Below are positions 55,001-63,855 of a stretch of DNA of 63,855 nucleotides, piece by piece. A model generated the notes under the pieces. The model had not been told where the DNA came from. It did no database searches and saw only the letters and a list, made by a program, of their open reading frames with translations. The DNA is from Thecamonas trahens ATCC 50062. Taxonomy: Eukaryota; Protista; Apusomonadida. The position numbers and the translations under genes were made by a program. Position 1 is the first letter of the stretch. The number at the start of each line of letters is the position of its first letter. The stretch covers positions 6,907 to 70,761 of the forward strand of contig NW_013657641.1 in assembly GCF_000142905.1 (NCBI RefSeq). The letters run 5' to 3'.

Positions 55001-56940
55001 GACCGTCGAGTAGAAGACGGAGGACCACTCGGTTGGAGCGCTGGGATGGCGACAGAGGGTGTCGACAAACTTGGTAATGACGGCGCGGCGGCGGGCGTCA
55101 AGCTCGGCCGGGGGCATGTGAGCACCCAGGGTGGCGGTGGCGGCGGCGGCGGCGGCGAGCTCGCGAAGGTGGCTGTGTAGAAGCTCGCGGGCGACGCGCG
55201 CGGCAAGCTCGTGAGCGACGAGCGCCGCAATGGGCGAGTCGTCCGAGAGGTGGAGCAGGAGCGCGCCAAGGTAATCGACGTTGATGCCGGCGGCGTTGAG
55301 AGTGACGACAAAGAGGCGCGCGGTGTCGACGACATCGGCAGGAGCGAGCGAGGCCAGCGGGGTGGCGAGGAGAGGCCAGCGGTGTGGGGCGGCCCAGTTT
55401 GCAGCAAAGGCCGGAATGAGCTCGTTCTCGAGCCGGGCCGACGCCTTGATGATGGCAGCGTTGTGGCCGGCGAGAATCGACGTGTCGCGGGCAGGAGCGC
55501 CCCAGAGCGAGTATCCGTCGGCGCAGAGTGGCGTGCTGTGACCCTGGACGAACTCAGGCCGAAAGAGGCGTGTGAGATGGGGGGCGCGGACGGAGGAGTG
55601 AAGGGCGTCGGGCGGCGGGAGGGCGCGCGGTGGGAAGACTCGGTGCGTGTCGAGGACGTAGATGCGATCAGCAACGGTGTGAGCCTCGATGTCGCCACAG
55701 AGGGCCATAGTGCGGACAGCGGGCTCGGAGAGGCCGACACCATGTGGGGCAAGGCCCCAGTAGGCACCGACGTCAGCCATCCAGGCGTTGACGGCTGGAA
55801 TGTCTGCGTGGACGGTGTGGCCGCCGTCGGACGAGCCGTAGACGAGCGAGTCATCCGTAATGGGCAGCAGCGAGAGGGCGAAGATGGTGTAGCCCATGTA
55901 GTGGACGACGCAGGCGAGCGGGAAGCGGACAGCGATGTCGTGGGCGGAGACGATCCACGAGTGGGAGACTGCCCACGAGAGGAGAGCTTGCAGGCCGGTG
56001 AGCTCGTGGCCGGCGGCGGTGGCGGCCTCGGCGTCGGAGCCGTAGATGCCCTCCGAGTCGAGAGCAAGCTTGAGAAAGATGCCGCGTGCGGCGTACTTTG
56101 TGCCACCGGCGACGCCGCCGACAGAGTCAAGCGCCGGCAGAGAGCGGGCTTCGTTGGGCAGGTGGACCTCCGAGACAATCGTCGAGGTGAGGGCGACGGC
56201 GACCGAGTGAAACTCGGCAAGAAGGGCGCCGAGCTCCAGGCCGCGGCGCGATGCCGAGTCGGACGCCGTGTCCCACGAGCGGGACAGGATGACATCGAGG
56301 CGCTGGGCCCAGTGCTCGGCCACGTTTGAGCCAATGAACGATGCCGGAGATTCAGCGAGGGGGCGGTGGGGGCGTTAGACGCGGCGCAGGTTTCCGTGAG
56401 GGTGGGTCCACCCAGTGTGGCGTCGGAGCTTGGTGGGGTGGGTGCAACTAGCGTGGCGTAGGTGCTGGCTGGAGCCGATGTGGGCGGCGTATCGGGTGCG
56501 CCCAGTGTGGCGTAGGTGCTGGCTGGAGCAGATGTGGGCGTATCGGGTGCGCCCAGTGTGGCGTAGGTGCTGGCTGGAGCAGATGTGGGCGGCGTATCGG
56601 GTGCGCCCAGTGTGGCGTAGGTGCTGGCTGGAGCAGATGTGGGCGTATCGGGTGCGCCCAGTGTGGCGTAGGTGCTGGCTGAAGCAGATTTGGGCGTATC
56701 AGGTGCGCCTAGCGTGGCGTAGGCACCTATCGACGCGGGTGCAGCGCCTGCCTGCAGTCCGCCAGGCGATGGCAGCAGCGGCAAGACCGCATCGAAGGAC
56801 TCGACAGACTCGATCACGTCCGCACGCGCTGGTGCGCCAAGGTCCGCATACGCCACCTCGAGCGCCACGGCGTACGCGCTCTGCATCGCCACGCTCGGCG
56901 CTGTAGCCTGGAACAGAGTGGGGCGGGCGTAACCGGCCAT
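52100..56940 (-). CDS. Clu-domain protein with N-terminal Tyr-motif repeats, ZZ-like zinc fingers and C-terminal TPRs; -1 frameshift at ~56361
   Basis: GGVAGGTKY..GIFLK, AAGHELTGL, FPLACVVHYMG, LVYGSSDGG, GDIEAH, YVLDTHRVFPP (Clu); CDVC...C...CDFDLCATC (ZZ-like); TPR-like ALGLFETALSCAPQN. Confidence 0.82.
56449..56721 (-). repeat. Coding tandem repeat of 51/54-nt units (YATLGAPDTP(P)TSAPAST) x5 plus a partial unit
   Basis: Unit lengths 51,51,54,51,54 nt; near-identical DNA. Confidence 0.95.
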
Positions 56941-57203
56941 TCTCTCCGCTGCTGGTCGTGAGCTGAGAGGTTAGCTGCCAGCCGACGGAGCCTGTGCATA
57001 CAGAGGGAGCCGGGCAAGGTCGAAGCGCAGCCAAGGGGAAGGGGGAGTGACAGACACACGCACAATTTTTCCCACCCCCACCCCCCACATCCCACCCCAG
57101 GTCACACGCACACACCCTCACTGCTGGCCAGGTCACACGCGCCGCGGCACCGGCACGCGGCTTGGCAGCACAGACCTCACCACCCTCCGCCGCTTCCTCG
57201 GCC

Positions 57204-58919
57204 ATGGACTCGGAGACGCCTCCGCTCCTCTCTACAGCCGGCAGCACGCGTGCTGCGGGCGCGGGCACGAGCACGACACGGCGCATGGCGGTGGCGACGG
57301 CGGCGGTGGCGGTGGTGGCCACCGTCCTGCTCGTCATCTTTGCCGCCCTCTACGCCAAGCAAAAGAACGATGCGTCTGAGCTGCGGCGGCAGGTCGCAGC
57401 GTACGAGGCCATGTGCGGGCCGGATGGCTGCGCCCCGCCGTCGGTCGTCCCGCACAACGCCTCGGCCGCCTGCCGCGTCCCGCTCCCCGCCGACCTGCCC
57501 ACTCCGGCCGCCATCGCCAGCGAGGTGCGGGCGGCGTGGGCAGCGAGCACGGTGCGCAACGCCGCCATCGCCGCAGGGAGTGACCTTGCCGCTGCTGATC
57601 GCGCCGCCACCGTCGCGGCCATCCCGTCCTGGCTCAACTCCTCGACCATCGTCGTCATGCGCGGCGGGGCATCGTCGCTCATGGGCTTCTCCGACACCGA
57701 CGAGGCCTTTGTGCAGGAGTCATCGTTCTACTACCTCACGGGCCTCAACGTGCCCGATCTGGCCCTCATCGCCGTCCCCGCCGCCGGCGCCCTCGACTAC
57801 ACCCTCGTTGTTCCTCACCACGACGAGCAGTACGCCGTGTGGAACGGATACGTCCTCGACCTCGACCAATGGGCCGCCTTCTCCGGCTTTGACCACGTCA
57901 TCTATGACACACAACTCGAGGCCCGTCTCGCAAACCTCACCGCGCCCAACGGTCCAGCCTCCATCGTGTACACCCTCCCGGGTACCACTCCGCCGCTCCC
58001 GGTCCCGGTGGGCGTTTACGTCGACCAAGACAAGGACCGCCTCCTCGCCGCCCTCAACACCGCCCGTGGCTCCAAGACGCCCGGCGAGCTCGCCGCTCTC
58101 CGCCGCGCCTCGCAGGTCTCTGCCGAGGCCCATGCCGTCCTCATGGCTGGCATCCAGCCCGGCTGGTACGAGTATGACGCAGAGGCCGTCTTTCGCCTCA
58201 CCAACGCGCTCTGCGGCAACTTTGACATGTCGTACCTGCCCATCGTCGGCGCAGGTGTCAACGGCGCCATCCTGCACTACTCGGACAACACCGCCCGCAC
58301 CACCGCTAGCGACATCCTCCTCATCGACGCCGCCGCCAACGCCCTCCGATACACCTCGGACATCACGCGGACGTACCCAGTCGACGGCACCTATTCCCCG
58401 CATCAGGCCGCCATCTACAACATTGTCCTTGCCGCCCACGACGCCGCCGTTGGGGTCCTCGCCGTCGGCGCCTCGTACGCTGCCGCTGATGCCGTCGCCA
58501 CTCGTCACCTCGTCGAAGGCCTCATCAACGAGGGCATCCTTGTCGGCGATCTCGATCAAGTCCTTGCCTCAAACGTCATCAAGAAGTTCTACCCGCATGG
58601 CCTTGGCCATGCTGTCGGCCTCGACGTCCACGACCCGTCGGTCTCGACCTTCCCGCCCAACTTTGTCGGCACCATCGAGCCGGGCATCTACTTTAACGAC
58701 GCCCTGCTCGGCCCAGCACTGGCCAACCCAGCCCTCGCGCCCTTTATCAACGCCACGGCTGTCAACGCCTATCTTGCCGCCTCGTTTGGCGGTGTCCGCA
58801 TCGAGGACGTCTACATCATCCACCCCAACTCGGACGTCGAGAACCTCTCCACCGCCGCGCCGCGGACCATCGCCGCCGTCGAGGCCCTCATGGCCACCGA
58901 CGACTGGTTTCCCGTGTAA
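57204..58919 (+). CDS. M24B Xaa-Pro dipeptidase/aminopeptidase (prolidase-like) with N-terminal membrane anchor
   Basis: FVQESSFYYLTG, NGAILHY, LIDAA, SDITRTYP, PHGLGHAVGLDVHD, TIEPGIYF, GGVRIED; TM VATAAVAVVATVLLVIFAALY. Confidence 0.92.
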   Translation: MDSETPPLLSTAGSTRAAGAGTSTTRRMAVATAAVAVVATVLLVIFAALYAKQKNDASELRRQVAAYEAMCGPDGCAPPSVVPHNASAACRVPLPADLPTPAAIASEVRAAWAASTVRNAAIAAGSDLAAADRAATVAAIPSWLNSSTIVVMRGGASSLMGFSDTDEAFVQESSFYYLTGLNVPDLALIAVPAAGALDYTLVVPHHDEQYAVWNGYVLDLDQWAAFSGFDHVIYDTQLEARLANLTAPNGPASIVYTLPGTTPPLPVPVGVYVDQDKDRLLAALNTARGSKTPGELAALRRASQVSAEAHAVLMAGIQPGWYEYDAEAVFRLTNALCGNFDMSYLPIVGAGVNGAILHYSDNTARTTASDILLIDAAANALRYTSDITRTYPVDGTYSPHQAAIYNIVLAAHDAAVGVLAVGASYAAADAVATRHLVEGLINEGILVGDLDQVLASNVIKKFYPHGLGHAVGLDVHDPSVSTFPPNFVGTIEPGIYFNDALLGPALANPALAPFINATAVNAYLAASFGGVRIEDVYIIHPNSDVENLSTAAPRTIAAVEALMATDDWFPV

Positions 58920-58938
58920 CCCGAAACGGCTTAAATGC

Positions 58939-60146
58939 TCAGTGCGTGCAAACCCCGCCCGCGCCACAACTGCGTCGAGCGCCGCCCGTGCCGTAGATGT
59001 CAGCATCAACCCGTCCACCAGCTCGCCGTCAAACGCGCCGATGCCGTTGTACGCCCCAAGCACCGCGCCCAGGCAGCTGCCGCGGGCCACGTTCTCGCCG
59101 CCGGCGTTGGCGTTGGCCAGCAGCGCGACCGAGACGTCGGCATCATCGCCGTATGCATACAGCAGGTAGAGAAGGACCCGGAAGGCACCGTCAATGTAGC
59201 ACGCCGCCATCGGCTCACGTCCGGGCCCGTGCAAGGCAGCAAAGGCCGGCAGATCAAACCGCCCGGCAAACGGCTCGTCGCACGCCACCGACGCCGCAGC
59301 CGCGCTCGGCGCCACCCCATTGAGCGTTAACCACAACAGCTGGCCGTATGCCGCCACGTACGGCCGGATGTAAGGCACGTTGCGAGTCACACCCAGCACC
59401 GCCATCCCGGCCTCCACCGCTGCCTCGGGAACCCGCCCCGGATCACCCGCCCGGCCTCCCCCTCCACCGCCCGCCGCCACGCACGCAAGCACCATCGGCA
59501 GTGTCGGAAGCGTAAGCGCGTCGATCGCCGCCACGTTGTGCCTGTCGTCGTCGGCAGCCTCGACAGCAGGCACGCCGTCCAGCACGTGGTTGGCAAAGAA
59601 CATCCGATGCGCCGTCGCCGCATACGTGTCGTTGTGGCTTCCGGGCGTCGTCATGAACGCCACGTACGCCTCGCGGAACCGCTCCGCCAGGCCCGAGCCT
59701 GCGCTCGCGGCGTCCTCTGCCCACGCCTCCAGGCCTTCGACCTGGCCGCTGTCCGATCGCGAGCCGTCGCCGGCAGCACAGCCGGCCAGGACGGTGAGCA
59801 GCTGGCCCTCCAGCGTCGGCTCGCCGGCAGCCAGCGAGACGTGGTAGTGGTAATCGGCGCCGCGGGCCCAGTACTTGCGCTTGCCGTGCAGGATGACGTC
59901 ACCAACCAGCCCCCCGTCATCCTTACCGCGTCCACCGCCCGATGTCGACGAGAGCGAGAGGATCGAGCCTGGCAGCCGCTCGGGTGGCGCCCGGAAGCCC
60001 GTGATGCCGTCGGCGCCGAACAGCTGCGGCATGAGCCCCGTCCGGTAGACCCAGTGGGCAGGCATAGCCAACGCATCCGCAATGAGCGCCCCGTACAGCG
60101 CGCCGGCTACCCGCTCCACCGCACCGATGTTGCTCGCAGATGCCAT
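58939..60146 (-). CDS. ADP-ribosylglycohydrolase family protein (3' end inferred after one-base correction; as assembled the ORF runs to 58569)
   Basis: GALYGALIADALAMPAHW near the N-terminus and LLANANAGGENVARGSCLGAVLGA near the C-terminus. One extra G in the run at 58953-58956 gives AGVCTH* ending at 58939. Confidence 0.8.
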
Positions 60147-60474
60147 GTCGAGTCGTGGCAGGCGAGAGGTGTGGTAAGACAGAGAGTCGCACGTCAGCCT
60201 GTTCCTTGACGGCGGTTTTGGCTGACGCATCCGAGGAGCCATCAGCGCTCGTGCTTGACCGTGCCAATGAAGTAGCCTGGCCAGTTGATGGTGGCACAAG
60301 CGAAGCTGACGGTCACCACAGGTTCAGCGGCAGCCTCTGCATGCATCAGAGTCGAGAACTGCGGGGTGTGGAGCGGGTAGGCCGAGTAGAGCCGCAGCGG
60401 CACGGCGACAACGGCGCCACGTGACACCAGCAAAATGATGTGGCCTTTGCCGTGACAATGTGAAACTGCCTCAT

Positions 60475-60650
60475 GAAATTCATTTGGTTTCTAAACTAAA
60501 AAACATATATTCGTATACTTGTAATGTTATTTATACATAGTTTACAGGCAGAAATTTGAAAATGCGCGAAATAGTATCAAGATTATATTTAATTTGAATA
60601 TATTTATTGCTTTGGTGTGCGTTCTACTGCATTTTTTACATTTCGAAACA
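60475..60650. other. AT-rich non-coding island between divergent genes
   Basis: About 175 nt dominated by A/T within a strongly GC-rich window. Confidence 0.8.
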
Positions 60651-61051
60651 TCGTGCGTAAGGCCAGAACCGTCGTCCCCCCCGCCACCACTCGCCACACT
60701 CCTTTCCTCCCCTGCATCCAGTCTTGACTCTGTGCACCATGCCACATGCTACATTCTACACCCACTCGCGTTCCCCTCTCTGCTCTGTATCGCACAAAGT
60801 CGTCGATTTTCTTCAGTTTTCCTCATCCTCCACTATCAAAGCCGCGCATCGCGAGCGACAACCATCCATCATGCGCCGCTCACCGCCCACCATTCATCAC
60901 GTCCATCCGCAACTTCACGCCTCGCGTGATCAGTGGTTCTTGGCCGTCCAGGTAGGATCCTTCCGCCCCATCCTCGACTAGCATCCGTGTCCGACCGTCG
61001 GCTGTCCTCGATCGATCGTTGGCACGCGCCGCCACCACACTCCTCCTCGCT

Positions 61052-62209
61052 ATGCAGGCGATGTACGCGCCCGGCTCGGCGCGGACGCTCCCGCCTAGCG
61101 TGCAGCGGCAAGCACACCCCACAAGGCACTATGCGGCTACGCCTTCACCGGTGCACGTAGGGGCAGGCACCGGCGGCGGCTCGCCGTCGTCGCCATGGCA
61201 CCACCACCAGCCGTTGGAGGGCGCGGTGTCACCGTGGGCGGACGTGACGCCGCGGCCTCGGGTAATGATGGCGACGCCGCGAACAACGGCAGAGCTGGAG
61301 GCTGTGGCGTCGCCGCTGCCGTCATCGCTGCTCCGCGAGCGGCTAGCGACGGCCGAGGCGCTGGCGCACTCGCGACTCGTCCGCATCCACCGGCTGGAGG
61401 AGCTGGTAGCCAAGCTGCGCAACGAGCTGCCGGACCATGGGGTGACGGCTACGCACCTCAAGCTGAAGGACATGCGGATCGCGCAGCTGCAGGCGCAGTT
61501 GGCCGAGATGGACAGGGTCCGCACGCATGTTGCCGGCTCGCAGGCACGGCTCGATGCCGCAGGCGCCCGGTCTGACGCGGTCTCGGCCGCCCTCGTCGCC
61601 GCCCGCTCTGAGGCCGACTACCAGGAGCGGGTGCTGAACGCCGAGGTCCGGGCCGACGAGCGAGTCCGCCGTGCGCATGAGCGCGCGCTTGCCCGCGTCA
61701 AGGCGCTAGCCAACGCACGACCGGATCTGCTCGATGGCGAGGTGTCGGATCTGTCGCGCCCCGAGCTCGAGGCTGCGCTCCGCGCGGCGCTCGCCGACGC
61801 CACCGCGTACGAGACTGAGCTCGTCAACAGCATGGAAGAGAACGAGCTACTGCATGCCGAGCTCGATGAGGCGCGGGGCGGGCGTTTCTCTGGCGGCGCG
61901 GCCGGCGCGAGGTCACGGTCACGGTCGCGGTCGCGGTCGCGGTCGCCGGGGCGGTCGGCGGTCGGCGCCTCGCTCGCCGAGCACATCGAGGGCTACCAGG
62001 GCAAGCTGGAGGATCTGCGCGAGCTGTACCGGCAGAACAAGGCATTTACATCAAAGCAGCTCTCCGAGTTGCAGGGCATGTACAAGACGCAGGTGCACAA
62101 AGTGGCAAGCCTCGAGCAGGAGCTTGCGGCGTCGCGCGACACGGTCGGCCGGCTGTCGACGCAGCTGCTGGCAGCAGCCCACAGCGGTAGCGGTGGTGAT
62201 GGACGGTAG
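61052..62209 (+). CDS. Coiled-coil hypothetical protein with a short RS-dipeptide tract
   Basis: Heptad-rich ORF containing RSRSRSRSRSRSP; GC3 bias. Confidence 0.7.
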   Translation: MQAMYAPGSARTLPPSVQRQAHPTRHYAATPSPVHVGAGTGGGSPSSPWHHHQPLEGAVSPWADVTPRPRVMMATPRTTAELEAVASPLPSSLLRERLATAEALAHSRLVRIHRLEELVAKLRNELPDHGVTATHLKLKDMRIAQLQAQLAEMDRVRTHVAGSQARLDAAGARSDAVSAALVAARSEADYQERVLNAEVRADERVRRAHERALARVKALANARPDLLDGEVSDLSRPELEAALRAALADATAYETELVNSMEENELLHAELDEARGGRFSGGAAGARSRSRSRSRSRSPGRSAVGASLAEHIEGYQGKLEDLRELYRQNKAFTSKQLSELQGMYKTQVHKVASLEQELAASRDTVGRLSTQLLAAAHSGSGGDGR

Positions 62210-62232
62210 CGTCGCTGGACGCCATACGGTAG

Positions 62233-63369
62233 CTAGCTCACGGGTGCCGTGAGCCAGTCGAGGGCCTTGCGGGCGTACTCGTAGCCAAGGAAGCAGGCTG
62301 CGTTGGACGGGGCGGCGCGGATCATGCACGGGACAAAGCCGCGGAAGAAGCCACGCCAACCAAACTTGGCGTAGATGCCACGGACGGCGTCGCCGTAGGT
62401 CTTGTACTTTTGGCGCTCTGGGACGATCGACTCCGCCTGGATGACCGACTTGACGACGTCCATGGGCATGGCGACGAACCAGAAGAGGACGCCCGACCCT
62501 GCGCCTGCCGTAAGGATCTTCCACGCCGGCAGCGGGGCGCCGCTGGGCAGCAGGTCGTTGACGGCCTCCTCGGCCGTGAGCAGCGGGCGCTTGATCGCCT
62601 CGTAGGAAAGAAAGTATGTTGCGTTGGCCGGCACGTCGCGGACGAGGGTGGCAAACATGCCGCGGAGCAGCGAGCGCGGCTGGGTCCGCAGCAGCTGCGA
62701 GACAGCATCAAAGTAGCCGGTGAACTCGCGACGGGTCGCTGACTGGACCTGCAGCTGGATCTTGACCAGGTCGATGACCGACTCGACCGGGGTGAGCGGG
62801 ATGCCGGTGAGCGCGCCGGCGATGGCGATGCGCTCGAGCGAGAGACGGGCATGGTCGGGCGTGTCAGCCGGACGGACAAGGTCCTTGGTCATGCCGTAAA
62901 GTCCAAAGAGCATCGAGTTAATGACGGCAAGGCCGGCAATGGGTGACTGGACGCCCTTGTACAGCCCGCGGACGCCCTCCTCACGGACAAGTGTCCGCAG
63001 CGTCTCGACCATGCCGGCCTCGCCCTCGGCAGCCTGGATGGTCACCTTGGCCGTGTCCAACGGGTGGCACGAGATCGCCTCCAGCAGCCCGCCCGCGCAT
63101 CCAGCCACAATGTCCTTCCACGCATCGCCGGCCGACTCGGCCAGCGCCTCGGGCACCTCGGCGGCGTACTCAACGGCCTCGCCGACCAGCCCGCTGCCGC
63201 CGTTGATCAACATGGGCACCACGCCCTGCGCCTCGGCGTGCGACGCCACCCACGCCCGCATCAACTGGCCGCCGCCTGCTTCGCCACCTGCTGCGCCGCC
63301 TGCGCCCGTTGCGGCTACAGAGGCACCCGCACCCGGTGGAGCGGGATGGCCTGCAGGATGAGTAGCCAT
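62233..63369 (-). CDS. Mitochondrial carrier (SLC25), carnitine/acylcarnitine or basic amino-acid carrier-like
   Basis: Three carrier repeats PLDTAK, VIDLVK, PMDVVK; GLYKGVQSP, RDVPANATYF, RAAPSNAACFLGYE. Confidence 0.93.
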   Translation of the reverse strand: MATHPAGHPAPPGAGASVAATGAGGAAGGEAGGGQLMRAWVASHAEAQGVVPMLINGGSGLVGEAVEYAAEVPEALAESAGDAWKDIVAGCAGGLLEAISCHPLDTAKVTIQAAEGEAGMVETLRTLVREEGVRGLYKGVQSPIAGLAVINSMLFGLYGMTKDLVRPADTPDHARLSLERIAIAGALTGIPLTPVESVIDLVKIQLQVQSATRREFTGYFDAVSQLLRTQPRSLLRGMFATLVRDVPANATYFLSYEAIKRPLLTAEEAVNDLLPSGAPLPAWKILTAGAGSGVLFWFVAMPMDVVKSVIQAESIVPERQKYKTYGDAVRGIYAKFGWRGFFRGFVPCMIRAAPSNAACFLGYEYARKALDWLTAPVS

Positions 63370-63855
63370 GGTCAAGGAGTCGGGCTGCGGCCTCTCAGCG
63401 AGGACTGCGGGCACGAGGGGGGAGAGAGAGAAGGGAGGGGAGTAGGAGGGAGAAGGGGCTTGCTCTCTGCTGCTCCGATGGCACGTGCGGTGTTTTGGGG
63501 AGGAGGGAGAGCAGTGGCTGCCGATGCTGAGCCCTGCCTGCTGCCTGCCACACATTGCCCGCACTGCTTCCATTCGATGATTCTACGGCCAATGCCACAC
63601 CCATATTGGCCCCGCACGTGGCCACCCACCCACCGCCTCCCGCACCAGCCGCACACAGGCTCACCACGGAGGGGCGGTGGGCGATGGGGGTGGACTGAGG
63701 TGGGGAGGTGCTAGAAGAGGCTCAGGGGAGGGGGGGCTGGGATCGCGCCATGGTGTGGGTGCATCTGCTGCACATGTGGTGGTGGTGTGGTGTTGGGGCG
63801 GGCAGGGGGGGGGGGGATGGTCACAGCCACTGACAAACGATGAGGGCGGGGGGGG

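Noticed and set aside
58569-58938. 350-nt antisense coding overlap of the ADP-ribosylglycohydrolase with the prolidase
   Set aside because: The extension reads as an antisense shadow. One extra G at a G4 run gives a stop 19 nt from the partner's stop, matching the error pattern elsewhere.

Overview
GC-rich, gene-dense, intron-poor eukaryotic (protist) scaffold with three N-gaps. The actin sequence, short GT-AG introns and gene repertoire suggest an apusomonad such as Thecamonas trahens (inference, not verified). About 22 protein-coding genes and 2 pseudogenes are supportable. The left ~40 kb is rich in sensor, signalling and ubiquitin genes: a TIR-NB-ARC-WD40 NLR-like gene with near-identical 171-nt repeats and hypervariable codons (the top finding), a gustatory-receptor-like 7TM channel, F-box-ankyrin, LRR-ankyrin, an LRR-kinase-pseudoHECT-RING1/RING2 fusion, two paralogous multipass receptors with different ectodomains, and a PstS-like/dual-kinase receptor plus a decayed relative. 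The right part carries a PIN nuclease, tandem USP, an RRM-like/fumarate reductase/cytochrome b5 reductase fusion, a claudin-like protein, a Clu-ZZ-TPR protein with tandem STYATL motifs, a membrane-anchored prolidase-like peptidase, an ADP-ribosylglycohydrolase and a mitochondrial carrier. Seven genes show -1 frameshifts at short G/C homopolymers, most likely sequencing undercalls. No rRNA, tRNA, CRISPR array or recognisable transposase was seen. All domain calls are by-eye motif recognition; no searches were run.
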